This document shows, piece after piece, positions 13,101 to 23,763 of a stretch of DNA of 64,000 bases. Location of the stretch: assembly GCF_037042905.1 (NCBI RefSeq), contig NC_087263.1:7814001-7878000 (forward strand), in the 5' to 3' direction. Every line of letters begins with the position of its first letter. Positions within the stretch are counted from its first letter, which is position 1. Made by a program: the position numbers and the translations under genes. Origin of the DNA: Lytechinus pictus. Its lineage: Eukaryota. The notes beneath the pieces were generated by a model, which searched no databases, had not been told where the DNA came from, and saw nothing but the letters and a program-made list of their open reading frames with translations.

Positions 13101-16100
13101 TCATAATAAAACACATTTTTTCACTTAAAACCTTTCCCCATTATAACTGTTGTATGACATGCACATCTGTATAAACCTAGAAATGAATCAGATAACGACA
13201 TGCGCTTTTAGGGGTATTTACCAGATTCACCAAAAAAGTTCTAAAAATAGGTTTTAACTCACCTTGAATGGTAAATTTCTGACGATAAGTCGACTCTTCC
13301 TCTTCTCCCTTTCTGAGATATTCTCTGTCCCTTCAACCTTTTTCCTTTTCTTCTTCTTTTTGGTCTTCTTTCCTTCCATATTGTGTTTAGCTGTTGTCAT
13401 GGCAACAGCCTCTACTTGTTTCGGTGTCGACTGTTGACTTTCATCTAAAATGGAAAATAAAAAATAGATTATCAATAACCAGCCTTTGTGTTGATCAATG
13501 CTTATACAGCCGAGCCTACATTTAAGAAATTGCCACTTACTACTACCACATTTAAGGTCTACATTTACATGGGATCTTCATATGCATGTATATATATATA
13601 TCAAAACTTTCACATCAGACCACACGTATATTTCAAACCTTCAATCAACCAAGCAGAGCTATTTAAATAAAAATCCGAAGCATAATTTCTCAATTTTCTT
13701 GTTTGAATTTATTGGCCTGTAATGTCATAGTCCCGGTGCATGGGCTTGGCCATGTTGTTTTGTCTGTTTGGGACTACTCCACTGCAGAACTGCAGCTGAG
13801 TAAAAAAGTTTCAAACAGAACAAAATGTACTAAATACATGTAGGTTCATTATTGCGGACTGAAATAATCGCTAGAGGGTATTCATTTGTATTGCAATCTA
13901 CTATGGTCAACAAGGAAATTCGTGATCACTCTCGCAAAAAGTGTTCACTAGCTTTCGAGTGCCGCTGCAACTCTTTTTCAAGTGACGAAAATTATCTGAT
14001 AACGTAGTCTATGTATACCAATCCCCAGGACCGTATGCACGAACGCGGGAACAATAGGTGGGCACTGATCCGTTGTGTGATTGGTCGGGCTTTTCACCAA
14101 TCAGTGTGTCGATGTACGGTGCGGCCGGTGATCCGTATATGCAAATAAGCCTGAGGTATATGCAAATATGCCGCGGGTCGGCAATATGCAAATGAGACAA
14201 AATTGGCGGGCTCGCTTGGAATAAATAGACTACGTTATCAGATAATTTTCGTCACTTGATAAAGAGTTGCAGCGGCTTGTAAAACTTGTAAGCTAGTGAA
14301 CACTTTTGCGAGAGTGATCACAAATTTCCTAGAAAGCTAGTGAACACTTTTTGCGAGAGTGATCACGAATTTCCTTGTTGACCATAGTAGATTGCGAGAC
14401 AAATGAATACCCTCTAGCGATTAGAACAAAATGTGTTCCTTTATTTTAGTGATCCACTGGTCGAGAAGAAATTGCACAAGTGAGCTGCAGCATCAGAGTG
14501 TCACCGATCGACCGCCAACTTTGAGCCTCGTTAGAAGGTAGAAGATGGACTATCGAGGAAAACTGACTTGCCTGAGTTACTATACACCTGAACCAAATCA
14601 GCTGAGAATCCATCGAAATACACATATTCTGAAAGGTTCGGGAGTATTCTTTTCTCCCTCCCCAAATGCTAGAAAATTCGGGAGGGATTCGGAAACATTC
14701 ATGGAGGGGTTTGACTTGTTTTGAAATGATCACAACCAGCCGAATACCCACCTCAATACTACCGTACATGTATATGACCACGACAAATTTCATTCGGGCC
14801 ACATTCGGGATGTATTCAGATGGAATTCGGTTGGATTCTGGGAGATATTCAGGGTATTCCGGGCAGTCAATTCTTGGCGATTATGATCTGATTCAGGACC
14901 TATTCATCTCCATTTGGGGAATTCCCGGAATCAGAGATACATACGAATGAACAGGATCCACCCGAATCAGGTAATATTCGGGCAGCACTGATCCCGAGTT
15001 ACTCGGGAGAATTCGGTTTCGATGTAACCCTGGCTATACACCACCATCCAATGAAAACCACATGAAAGGTTTATCACATACAAGCTCAAATTAGCAAAAT
15101 ATTACAGAAATTTCATTGAAAATTGTGATACTGGGGAAAATTATAATTATATTTTTCCAAAAATACAAAATTTCTGTTCATTTTTCAGGCAAGCCTAATC
15201 CCCCTCCTTTAGTATGCCAATGGATACAACTGTAAATCAAAATAATAAAGCATAAATATCAAACCTTTTCCGGCAGACAATGTCTCCGCCTTTTTCTCTT
15301 TTGGAGTGCCTTTCCTTGGTTTTCTGTCGGCATAATCTACCCGAAGTTTTCTTCCTTCCACAGAATGAGAGGCTTTTAAGGCCTTTTCAGCATCATCCCT
15401 GTATAAAAAAAAGGACATCATTATCATAATGAACAGCACTGATCTAAATTGAAAAGTTTGGTCGAAGAATCCCGATTAGTTAGATTTGTTCTCTTTTCCA
15501 TAATGCAACTTGCTACATGGTGATAAAACAGTGTACGTCATGACTGTGTCTGGTAAAGTTACAATCTGCATGTTGTTTATAGTTTGGTACAAAGTCTCAA
15601 AAGCAAATTATGCAAGTATGCATATTGCATGGAGTTTGTTTTCATCGGTGGTCAACCTTCAATGAAGTTTGTGACTACACCTCTTGCTTATTTTAAGTAA
15701 TTACTCACGTATAATGGCAATACGGGTATGTGCACCTTCCCCTCCCCTTTCCACGTCTTGCCAGCGGTTCCCAGGGATACCAATTTCACCATTTTGCATT
15801 GACGAACACATTATTAACACCAGCTCCCAAGCCATTCATTTCCGGCGTCGGTTTTCGAAGACCCCCCCATTTCATGTTAATTTCCAATTCCCAAGCACCC
15901 CCATTCTGAAGCCCCTCATTCATAACAAATTCAGTTTTAAAGGTCAAGTCCACCCGAGAAAAATGTGGATTTGAATCAATAGAGAAAAATCAAGCAAGCA
16001 TAATGCTGAAAATTTCATCAAAATCAGATGTAACATAAGATATAAAATGCCATTTTAAAGTCTCGCTTATTTTCACTTAACAGTTTAATGCACGACTCGG

Positions 16101-19100
16101 TGATATGCAAATGAGAGATTCGATGATATCCCTCGCTCACTATTTCTTTTGTTTTTTATTGTTTGACTTTATATGATATTTCATTTTTTTACAAATTTGA
16201 CCAGAAGACCAACTTGACTGAACCATAAAATGTTAAAATAATGTTACTTCCAACTGTTCAAGGAGGAATAAATCTTTGTTTCATATGACAATATGGAGAA
16301 AATAAGAATATCATATTTCATATAATAAAATACAAAAGAAATAGTGAGTGACGTCATGAGTCCCCCATTTGATACCAACCAGGATGTGTATAACTGTTTT
16401 GTGAAATTAAACGAAACTTTAAAATGTCATAACTTCCTTATTTGACATCCAATTTTGATGAAATTTTCAGTGTTATGCCTCTTGGATTTTCTCTTTTTAT
16501 TCAAATAAACGTTATTTTGGGGTGGACTTGTCCTTTAAGGACCCTTCAGATATTGGGACCACACCTCCCACCCTTTCCAAATGTGAATGCCCCCCCCCCC
16601 CAAGATTGTATTATGACATACATGTAATACTTGCCTCAATGCAAAAGTGACATATCCAAACCCTCTGCACTTGTCCTTTACTCCTGAAACGAACAAAGTA
16701 ATGGCAAATTTATTCAAGAATTAAAAACTATTAAATAAAACAGGTTGGCAGGACCAATGAGCTTAATGTAAAATATCATTAACTTTCAATAACTTCATAA
16801 ATCAGTCTCTGCAAATGAAGTATAGAGAATTTTTTATTTTGTTCACTATATAGTGGTACCTCGCGTGATTCTGTATAAAGGTTTGAAAAGATACACATAA
16901 TTATTTGGAAGCGCCGTGGTGTAGCAGTTCTGACTCTTGCCTTGTAATCAGAGGGTCGTGTGTTCAAATCCCACCATGGCCTAGCGTCCTTTGGCAAGGC
17001 GTCAATCCTTGCCACTCTCCATCCAGGTGTTAAATGGGTACCCGGTAGGATGCGAAAGCCTATGTAGTATGCCTAGCAATTGAGTCTTGGAACTCTTGTT
17101 GAAATGTTCCCCAGGGAGTGGAGAAGGTGCATACATTGTATGCAGGCATGTAAGGATCCGAAGACCGGGGTAATAACATATCTGTGAAGCGCTTAGAGAC
17201 GTCGTTCCGATGTGTTAAGCGCTATATAAAAGTGGAACATTATTATTATTTGGGATGTGAGGGATTATTTGGTAAAATTAATTAATTCTGAGTTTCAACT
17301 GTTTAGAAGATTGATCGATGCAACTGTGCAACTGTTTTCTAAAACAATATGGTGACCAGTGATTTTTTTTTTTCTTGCTACAATGTAATTTGTGATTGGT
17401 CTAAAACTTGCAATATTACTTAACCCTATATAGACTGGGCTATTTTGATACCTAAGAAGACTGGGGGGTCTGATTTTTATGTGAAAGCAGCAATTTAAAA
17501 TAGACTAGGAATTACATGTAAATCTGGATATTTTTCTCTGGTATTCAATTGTACTTAACTATCTTTTGACTACTTAATGATTTAGTGACAATCTGCAGTT
17601 GCAACATGATTCAATTCACCAGAATGTTGAAAATATGAGGGGGTTGAATAATTTTGCTGCCAACTGTATATACCTCGCACTACAAACGTGATGGCACAAT
17701 GGGTTTTTGAGTAGTCGGATAATATCGCTTCATATAAACGGGAATAATGTTGGTCGAAACTCATTCCGCTACTCACCAGTGCTCTTTCCGGTGAGTGGCT
17801 ATCCATTTTTAAATTTTTAATTGTATTTTTATATAAAAAGCACATAAAAACAAGCAAAATTGCTTTATCTCGGGCTTAAAAGTGGCTTCGCATGTCTCTG
17901 CCGTGGAAAGAGAAGGAAGCTCGATGGTTGATGTTGTTTCAGCTTATATGGCGCGTATCATTCTGCAGAGAATATTTGCACCAGCATAATTTGCGGTAAA
18001 TTTCATATATAACTTTTTCTGTATCAATTCAATAAATGCAAGGTATAGCGCTGCATTATTCTTGCAATTTTGGGAGAATCACAACAGACTGTCATCACTG
18101 ATCTCTTAATACAATTCACAACCTTAGTTCAGCTCGTCGGTAAGTATGTCTAAATTATTCATTGTATGCGCAGTGGAAAACTCCCCAGAGTTGTACATTC
18201 TGGTTCCCATTTCAGTGAGTAGAGTGAACTATGAAAAGCTACTCGCTAAAATAGGAACCAGCGTGGAAAACTCCCCATAGAGTTGTACACGCTGGTTCCC
18301 ATTTTGAGGAGAAGATAAAGACAGATTACTAATGAGATTTATTTCGTCAGTGATGAATCTGACCAAATAAACATGTACAAAATGGGGTCGGAATAACACT
18401 TCAAATAAAAGGGAAAGAAATTAATTATGCACCTTCCTTGATTATATGGATGAAGGTCTATCGTGACATAGCCTTTTGTCAAGGCCCTCGCGACTTGGCT
18501 CTATCCTCGTCAGGTAGTGGCTGATACGAGACTAGCGGCCTGGCGATACCAGAGTGAACGCGCGAGCCGAACGACTTGTCGTGAGGGCCTTTTGGAACCT
18601 GACATGGATTTCTTACGTTAACCATTGTTTCCGAGTCGGAATTGCTATCTGAGAGGTAGCGGCCAATCAGCAAACGTTTCTCGCATGACGTCAGCATATA
18701 TTTAATATGCAAATATCGACTCTCGCAATTCATCATGGCTGCCTCCGAATCCGAAGAATTATTGCTAAAAAGTACAGAAATTGCATCGCAAATGCTGAAA
18801 ATATCAGCGTTCAAGGACCTACAACTGAGGGCGATTCTATCAGTCCTTCGAGGACACGATACGTTCGTAAGTCTCCACACTTGATATTGCAAAAGTGCCG
18901 TTTACCAGGCCATCTCGATGTGCAAGGATTATCTTCGAAATCAGGTCGCAGGCACCAGAACCACCATAGACTGCACACCTCCGACCCCGTCAGCGTCGGG
19001 TATAATGAACGAACCACGATGGCAGGCAGTGTGAAGCTGCTGTTCTGATTGGTCAATATTCGGAGGGAGACTAATTAGCATGCTCATGAATAATTCATAG

Positions 19101-22100
19101 CAAGCGGTGAAACCCAGGTTCCAAAAGGCCCTCACGACGAGTCGTTCGGCTCGCACGTTCACTCGGGTATCGCCAGTTACTGTATCTTCGTAGGCCACTA
19201 GTCTCGTTTCAGCCACTACATGACTAGGATAGAGCCAAGTCGCGAGGGCCTTGATAAAAGGCTAATCGTGAAACAGCTATCCTGACATCGAGGCACAAAC
19301 TGGACCCTCCAAAAAAGGAAAAGTTCTGTCTCGTTCGTTTTCCTTCTGTCAAAATTAAAAACAAAATGGCCGATCGATACCAAAACAAACACGACATAGA
19401 CATCTAACTTTTTCTTTTTTTGAGGGTCCAGTTTGTGCCTCGATGTTCGGATAGCTGAGCCTGTGCACTTGTTCACTGCAACCATCCTGCCTGTGGGGAA
19501 TCTACAGGTACATGTAGGACTATGGTATGCCAATGCTGTACATAGCACACACTTTAAAAAATCATTAAAATATCACTTTTTTGACCAAAATTACTAATTT
19601 CCATACAGTTGCAATTTATTTTTCATTAGTAACTTGGGAATATTTTTTATATTCACCAGAGCGCTCAAAAACTTGAATTTTGGGCATATTTTTATGTACG
19701 CCCTCTATTGATGGAAAGTAATATGGCAAGAAAATTTTCATTTTTCAATCTCTAATTTTGATTAAAAAAAAATAATTTAAAGAATCAAATTTACATAAGA
19801 GCCAAGTTATATGATGAATAGCTGTATTGGAAACTGACAGTGTAAGAAAATCAAGCATTTGTCCCATAGAAAAAGAGAAAATAAGCCAAAATTGCCACCC
19901 TTATTGTGCCACACATGGAGATGTAACTGAGAACAAAGTTATATCATAACCTTGTTCATTGAATGAGTGAGCCTGTGTCACGATAGACCTTCATCCATAT
20001 AATCGAGGTAAGTGCATAATTTATTTTTTCCCCTTTTATTTGAAGTGCTATTCCGACCCCATTCTACCCCATTTTGGAGAGTATATAGATTTATGTTTGA
20101 CTAGTATTACACGGATGACTCCTGGGTTTATAGACTATAGACTATAGTATGATATAACCTTGTTCTCTGTTAGTGTTACTGTTAGTACTCCATGTGTGGC
20201 AAAATAAGGTTGGCAATGTTTGGCTTATTTTCTCTTTTGCTTTGGAGCAAATGCTTGATATTGATACTGTCAGACACTCAGATTCCCATTACAGCTAATC
20301 ATCATATAATTTGGCTTTTAATTAAATTTGATTCTTTTTTTTTTCTAAATTAAAAAAAGAAATTTAAAAATGAACATTTTCTTGCCATATTTATTACTTT
20401 CCACCAATTTTTTCTAAATAAAAAAAAAATAGAGATTGAAAAATGAAAATTTTCTTCCCATATTATTTACTTTCCAGTCCACCAAAATATGCCCAAAATT
20501 CAAGTTTTTGAAGTTTGAGCGCTCTGGTCTGCTGAATACAATTACATAAATGATTCTCATGTCATTGTTTCTAAAAATAAAATTGCAACTGTATGGAAAT
20601 TCGTATTTTGGGTCACAAAAATGTTATATTTTAAAGTGTGTTGTACACTGCAAGCGTCCGTATCGTGGGTGAAGAACAATAGAAAACAAGATGGCGGCGT
20701 AAACATAGGGCAAGTCTCTTCCGTCTTTTCATGATATTTTCCTCATATTTTTGATGAATTCTTGTCTAGAAATAAAATCCATGGCGTAGAAATGTCGGAA
20801 ATGAAGTTGTATCTCATGTACATGATTTAGGGCTAGATCTTTTAGAAAGAAAGTTGAAATCTCGGGGGGCGAAAGTTTCACTAAACTTTCAGGTTTTTTG
20901 GTGGTAGGCTACACGCAAAAGTATAGGAAGGAAGACCTGGCTTCGTATATGAGAATTGAGAGTAACCTTATGTTACTCGTTAGTAAATGTTTTTACTCTC
21001 TAGAAGCCTCCTGGCTAATCCTACATAGATTCCCCCACAGGCAGGATGGTTGCAGTGAGCAAACTGTGCCGCGCACACGCTTGCCTTCGCCGGCCTGCCC
21101 AGCCCCAGGCGGCGCGGTGCGGCTCCGCTCCTGCCAGTAGAGGCGCCGGTCAGAAAATTGGGATCGTCCCAGAATACAGGGACTGTCTCAGTTTATAAGG
21201 ATTTCTTCACACTAGAAATCTAGGAAAGTTCATTCACCTGTCAAGTGCCGACACCAATCAAGTGTGCTAGTCAATGTAAACATATCAGGTTTCATAACAA
21301 GATTATTGGAAGACGGTAAGTCATGAAAAATAGACGGCGAACTGGGGGGAATTGAGGTCACTGAATCTATTTTTAGCACTCTCAATTTCCGTAATTGCTG
21401 TCTTTGTCCCGTAGGGAGAAGTGAAAAAAAAACGTCCCCATAAACAAGGACAGTCTCAATTTATCAAGACATGATTTGTCTTGGTTTATGAGGATATCCT
21501 TGTTTTCTGGGACAATCCCAGTTTTTGGACCAGCGCCTCTACTGCCTGCACTCGTCTCTTGTTCATTGAATGAGCGATGAGTGCCTGCACTCAACTTGTC
21601 TCAACTCAAAGCCAAAGGCAAAGCCAAACTAGACAGCTGGCAGCCGTCTGTTTCGAGGAGTTTTTTAACTTTTTTTATTTTTTTTATTTCTCCTCGTACA
21701 CAGACGGCTCGCTAGCGTGCAGCCACCATTAGGGGACTTGCAATGCAAAATCCCCCCGTCGGGGCTCTTCAATTTTTGTCTTTAATGAATAAAAATTTTG
21801 AAAATTAACGCGACCAAAATGCAAATTAATATTCCCTCTTGGCATTAATTGCCAAAAAACTGAGAAAAATCAAGTTAAAAGGAACAAAAACAGTGACTTA
21901 CCTTGACTGTCGCGCAAATTCACTTCCCCGTTTTATCCGATCTTAAGTACATAAACATATGGCCGTTGAGTCCCCTGTACAGATCGCGCTAGAACTTCGG
22001 TCTCTGTATTTGGTGAGTGAAGCCAACGGAGTTCAGCTGAACAACCAACATAACAGAGACCGAAGCTTTTGGTCTAAGCCAAACACAAACTATGACGATG

Positions 22101-22281
22101 TCTGGCGATGAAAATGCCAATTAAAAAAAGGAGTTACACACTTACCTCTATCAGTCACAACAAAGCACTGCTTAATAGGACCAATTTCTCCGAATTGTGA
22201 CTCCAAATCTTTAGTCGTAGCCGAATATGGCAAGTTCCTTATAAAAAGTGTTGAGCTCACATGTGCTGTGGACGCCGCCAT
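958..22281 (-). CDS. RBM28: RNA-binding protein 28 / Nop4-like (4 RRM nucleolar 60S biogenesis factor); spliced, 3' end beyond the left edge of the window
   Basis: Exons (minus): 22146-22281, 16635-16683, 15265-15398, 13263-13444, 11674-11839, 10419-10502, 9375-9448, 8739-9007, 6720-6829, 5527-5582, 2453-2600, 958-1178. All phases join in frame (1629 nt, 543 codons). Motifs: TLFIRNLPY, CRGFGYVTF, RLIVRNLPFK, GFGFVQF, RTVAVDW, acidic linker, KTLFIRNVPY, HSRGTAFVKF, DKRNLHLLREG, NIFVSPTRLAIHNLPKAVDDKKLR. Confidence 0.95.
1508..1919. mobile_element. hAT-like MITE
   Basis: Termini CAGACCTGCCTACC / GGTTGGCAGCTCTG; imperfect flanking repeat. Confidence 0.5.
2453..2600 (-). CDS. RBM28: RBM28 exon 11 (GDAVRLNGRLLALSPAISR...DKRNLHLLREG)
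   Basis: Conserved DKRNLxLxREG; acceptor gttag, donor C|gtaagt. Confidence 0.92.
3160..3390 (-). mobile_element. 5'-truncated SINE, same family as 16907-17250
   Basis: Reverse complement of the 3' half of the 16907 SINE including the (ATT)n tail. Confidence 0.8.
3847..4390. mobile_element. Kolobok-like MITE family A, copy 1
   Basis: TTAA|AGGTCAAATCCACCCC ... GGGGTGGACTTGTCCT|TTAA; long TIRs; four copies in the window. Confidence 0.85.
5527..5582 (-). CDS. RBM28: RBM28 exon 10 (GTAFVKFKTKEDAANCLHE)
   Basis: RNP1 of RRM3; acceptor ttatag, donor GAG|gtaagt. Confidence 0.92.
6720..6829 (-). CDS. RBM28: RBM28 exon 9 (NVPYDSTDDDVSALFAPFGELEFARVVVDPMTEHSRG)
   Basis: Translated by hand; RRM3; acceptor cacag, donor G|gtaaat. 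Confidence 0.92.
7469..8410. mobile_element. TTAA-specific (Kolobok-like) element family C, copy 1
   Basis: TTAA|GGACGTTCCACAGTT ... AACTGTGGAACGTCC|TTAA; second copy 56254-57187. Confidence 0.88.
8739..9007 (-). CDS. RBM28: RBM28 exon 8 (acidic tract, EGKTLFIR)
   Basis: Acceptor cctcag, donor AG|gtgtgt; start of RRM3. Confidence 0.9.
9375..9448 (-). CDS. RBM28: RBM28 exon 7 (acidic linker DNDDGVSDEEEEEMEEEHDSNRKDM)
   Basis: Acceptor ttgtag, donor ATG|gtaggt; phase 1 in, phase 0 out bridges exons 6 and 8. Confidence 0.8.
10419..10502 (-). CDS. RBM28: RBM28 exon 6 (NRTVAVDWTVPRTEYLQALQKTKDSTPK)
   Basis: Translated by hand; conserved VAVDW; acceptor ttaag, donor G|gttagt. Confidence 0.88.
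11061..11455 (+). mobile_element. Kolobok-like MITE family B, copy 1
   Basis: TTAA-flanked, AGGTAAATGCTAGT ... ACTGGAATTTCTCT; near-identical to 12072-12465. Confidence 0.85.
11674..11839 (-). CDS. RBM28: RBM28 exon 5 (RRM2 core, CTEDKLKSVFEAFG...GFGFVQF)
   Basis: Acceptor atcag, donor A|gtaagt. Confidence 0.92.
12072..12465 (+). mobile_element. Kolobok-like MITE family B, copy 2
   Basis: TTAA-flanked direct copy of 11061-11455. Confidence 0.85.
12900..13034. mobile_element. Short Harbinger-like MITE
   Basis: GGGTCCTGTAACACAAAGGTTAGC / GCTAAGCTTTGTGTTACGGGCCC inverted ends. Confidence 0.6.
13263..13444 (-). CDS. RBM28: RBM28 exon 4 (basic linker, RLIVRNLPFK)
   Basis: Acceptor ttttag, donor AAG|gtgagt; start of RRM2. 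Confidence 0.9.
13829..14422. mobile_element. Inverted-repeat element with hammerhead-like motif (Penelope-like derivative?)
   Basis: Arms of about 145 bp (13867-14012 / 14225-14422); 12-bp direct repeat AGAACAAAATGT at 13817 and 14423. Confidence 0.65.
14570..15035 (+). mobile_element. Harbinger-like MITE family D (GTTACAC/CCGAAT-rich)
   Basis: GCCTGAGTTAC ... GTAACCCTGGC; homologous to 34893-36538 and reverse complement of 37446-37888. Confidence 0.7.
15265..15398 (-). CDS. RBM28: RBM28 exon 3 (DDAEKALKASHSVEGRKLRVDYADRK...)
   Basis: End of RRM1; acceptor atacag, donor G|gtttga; phases fit neighbours. Confidence 0.88.
15941..16534. mobile_element. Kolobok-like MITE family A, copy 2
   Basis: TTAA|AGGTCAAGTCCACCC ... 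GGGGTGGACTTGTCCT|TTAA. Confidence 0.85.
16635..16683 (-). CDS. RBM28: RBM28 exon 2 (GVKDKCRGFGYVTFALR)
   Basis: RNP1 motif; acceptor tttcag; donor AG|gcaagt (GC-AG) required for phase. Confidence 0.9.
16907..17250 (+). mobile_element. Full-length tRNA-derived SINE
   Basis: A box TGGTGTAGCAGT, B box GTTCAAATCC, central GGGTACCCGG domain, L2-type tail AAGCGCTATATAAAAG...(ATT)n, flanking TTATTTGG repeat. Confidence 0.88.
18469..19264. mobile_element. Non-autonomous Academ (AcademH-like) element
   Basis: TAG...CTA termini, TIRs of about 130-150 bp, 9-bp TSD ATCGTGACA/ATCGTGAAA. Confidence 0.7.
19274..19457. mobile_element. Small MITE
   Basis: TIR CAGCTATCC..ACATCGAGGCACAAACTGGACCCTC at both ends. 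Confidence 0.75.
19465..21067. mobile_element. Long inverted-repeat element
   Basis: Outer arms CACTGCAACCATCCTGCCTGTGGGG (19474 / 21058 rc); inner arms of about 400 bp (19548-19955 / 20145-20640). Confidence 0.65.
21135..21544. mobile_element. MITE with 5-bp TSD
   Basis: TIR CAGTAGAGGCGC.GGTC; CCTGC on both flanks. Confidence 0.75.
22146..22281 (-). CDS. RBM28: RBM28 coding exon 1 (MAASTAHVSSTLFIRNLPY...VVTDR)
   Basis: ATG in AAGATGGCGGCG context, RNP2 motif, donor G|gtaagt. Confidence 0.93.
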
Positions 22282-22552
22282 CTTTAAATGTCAATTCTGT
22301 ACGCGCACGCGCAATAAAGTGCCTCCTTGTACGAAGCGACCATTAGGTAAAAGTGTTTCTTCCTCTTGGTTTCTTTCCACACAGATCAACGCTTTAGCAA
22401 GCGACCATTAAGGATGAGATGACAAACTCTCGGCCGCTCTCGGCGGTCCAATAATCGATGAAAGATTGATGACAACAGGCCAGGGTATGCAAAACAAGTA
22501 CTTCTTAGGAAGTTTCCGAAAGCAGATATGTAGTTCTAGGTTTTCCTCCTAT

Positions 22553-23763
22553 GTGGTCAATTTCACCCAAGATAAATGTTGATTTGAATAAATAGGGGGG
22601 AAAAGGTACAAAGCTGAAAATTTCATCAAAATCGGGTGTAAAATAAGAAAGTTATGAAATTTTAAAGTTTCGCTTATATTTCACAAAACAGACAGACGAT
22701 GATGTCCCTCAATCACTATTTTTTATTTTTATTGTTTGAATCATACAATAGTTCATTTTTTAAGATTTTGACAATTAAAGCCCAACTTGACTAAACCGTA
22801 TACAATGCTGATACCACAGTCGGGATTCCATTGTCAGTGAGGAATTAATTTATGTTTCACTTGGCAATGAGGAGAAAATTAGAATATTTCATATATGATA
22901 TAATAAAATACACACGAAAGAGTGAGTGGATGATGTCATCAGTCTCCCCATTTGCATACCAACCAGGAAAAGCATAACTGTTTTGTGTAATTAAGCGACC
23001 TTATAATGTCAGAACTTTCTTATTTTACATCCCATTTTGTTGGAATTTTTAGCGTTATGCTTGTTGGATTTTCGTATTTTTATTCAAATCAATTTTTTGT
23101 TGGGGTGGACTTGTCAGCCCGGAGGGGGGGGGGGGCAGTCAAATATATTGCTGTAAACATGCGTGACCCCCCCCCCCCAATAAAAATAAAATAAATAAAT
23201 AAAATAAAAAATAATAATAAATAAACGCACAAAGGCGTGCTTTTTTCGTTTTTGGACGCGGGCCGCGCGTGCACTCGTAAAGGGTATCAAAATCACCGAT
23301 TTTCCCAAAAAAGTTGCTTTAAAAAACTGGTCAATAGTCAATCGCGGGGTTAAACGTGTTTAAAGTATTTTTTTCCAAAGTTTTTTAAGACTAGCCAAAC
23401 GTGTTTAGGGTACGTTCCCCCCAAGCTTTTCCCCGGGCTTATTAGATTAGATGACACTTATTCACAGTGTTAACATGTATTCCTTTGTGGAATTTTAATC
23501 CTAACTGCACTGGGGGATGCTATACCAATGAATATAGTGTTGCCTATTTAAGCTTATTGTTAGCAATTAGACTAAACTTGTTCAGGGGTAAATTCTGGCG
23601 ACAACTTGTTTAGGGGCCAAAACGTGTAAATGAAGCCCACGAAAAACATGTTCAGGGGGTTATTCTGCACACAGAGAAAAACTCGTCTAGGGGGTGTTTG
23701 GAAATAATTTGGCCACGCGTGTGCACAGCAATACATTTGACTACCACCCCCTCGGTGGACCTT
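22553..23763. mobile_element. Degenerate Kolobok-like family A copy, right TIR interrupted by another element
   Basis: Homology to 3847-4390 up to GGACTTGTC (23115); CCTTTAA resumes at about 23760. Confidence 0.7.
23118..23756. mobile_element. CCCGG(G)n-terminated non-autonomous DNA element
   Basis: CCCGGAGGG..GCAGTCAAATATATTGCTGT / ACAGCAATACATTTGACTACCACCCCCTCGG inverted ends. Confidence 0.7.

Noticed and set aside
16907..16980. tRNA gene
   Set aside because: It is the head of a SINE with body, tail and flanking repeat.
18479..19216. ORFs of 81-137 aa as genes
   Set aside because: Lie within an inverted-repeat element, overlap on both strands, no recognisable domain.
958..22281. Intronic box C/D snoRNAs in RBM28
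   Set aside because: No convincing C box/D box pair with terminal stem found by eye; a snoscan/Infernal run would be needed to exclude them.
19548..23470. RAG/Transib RSS-like ends (CACACTT at 19548, CACAGTG at 23463)
   Set aside because: No nonamer at 12/23 spacing, no 5-bp TSD, no transposase.
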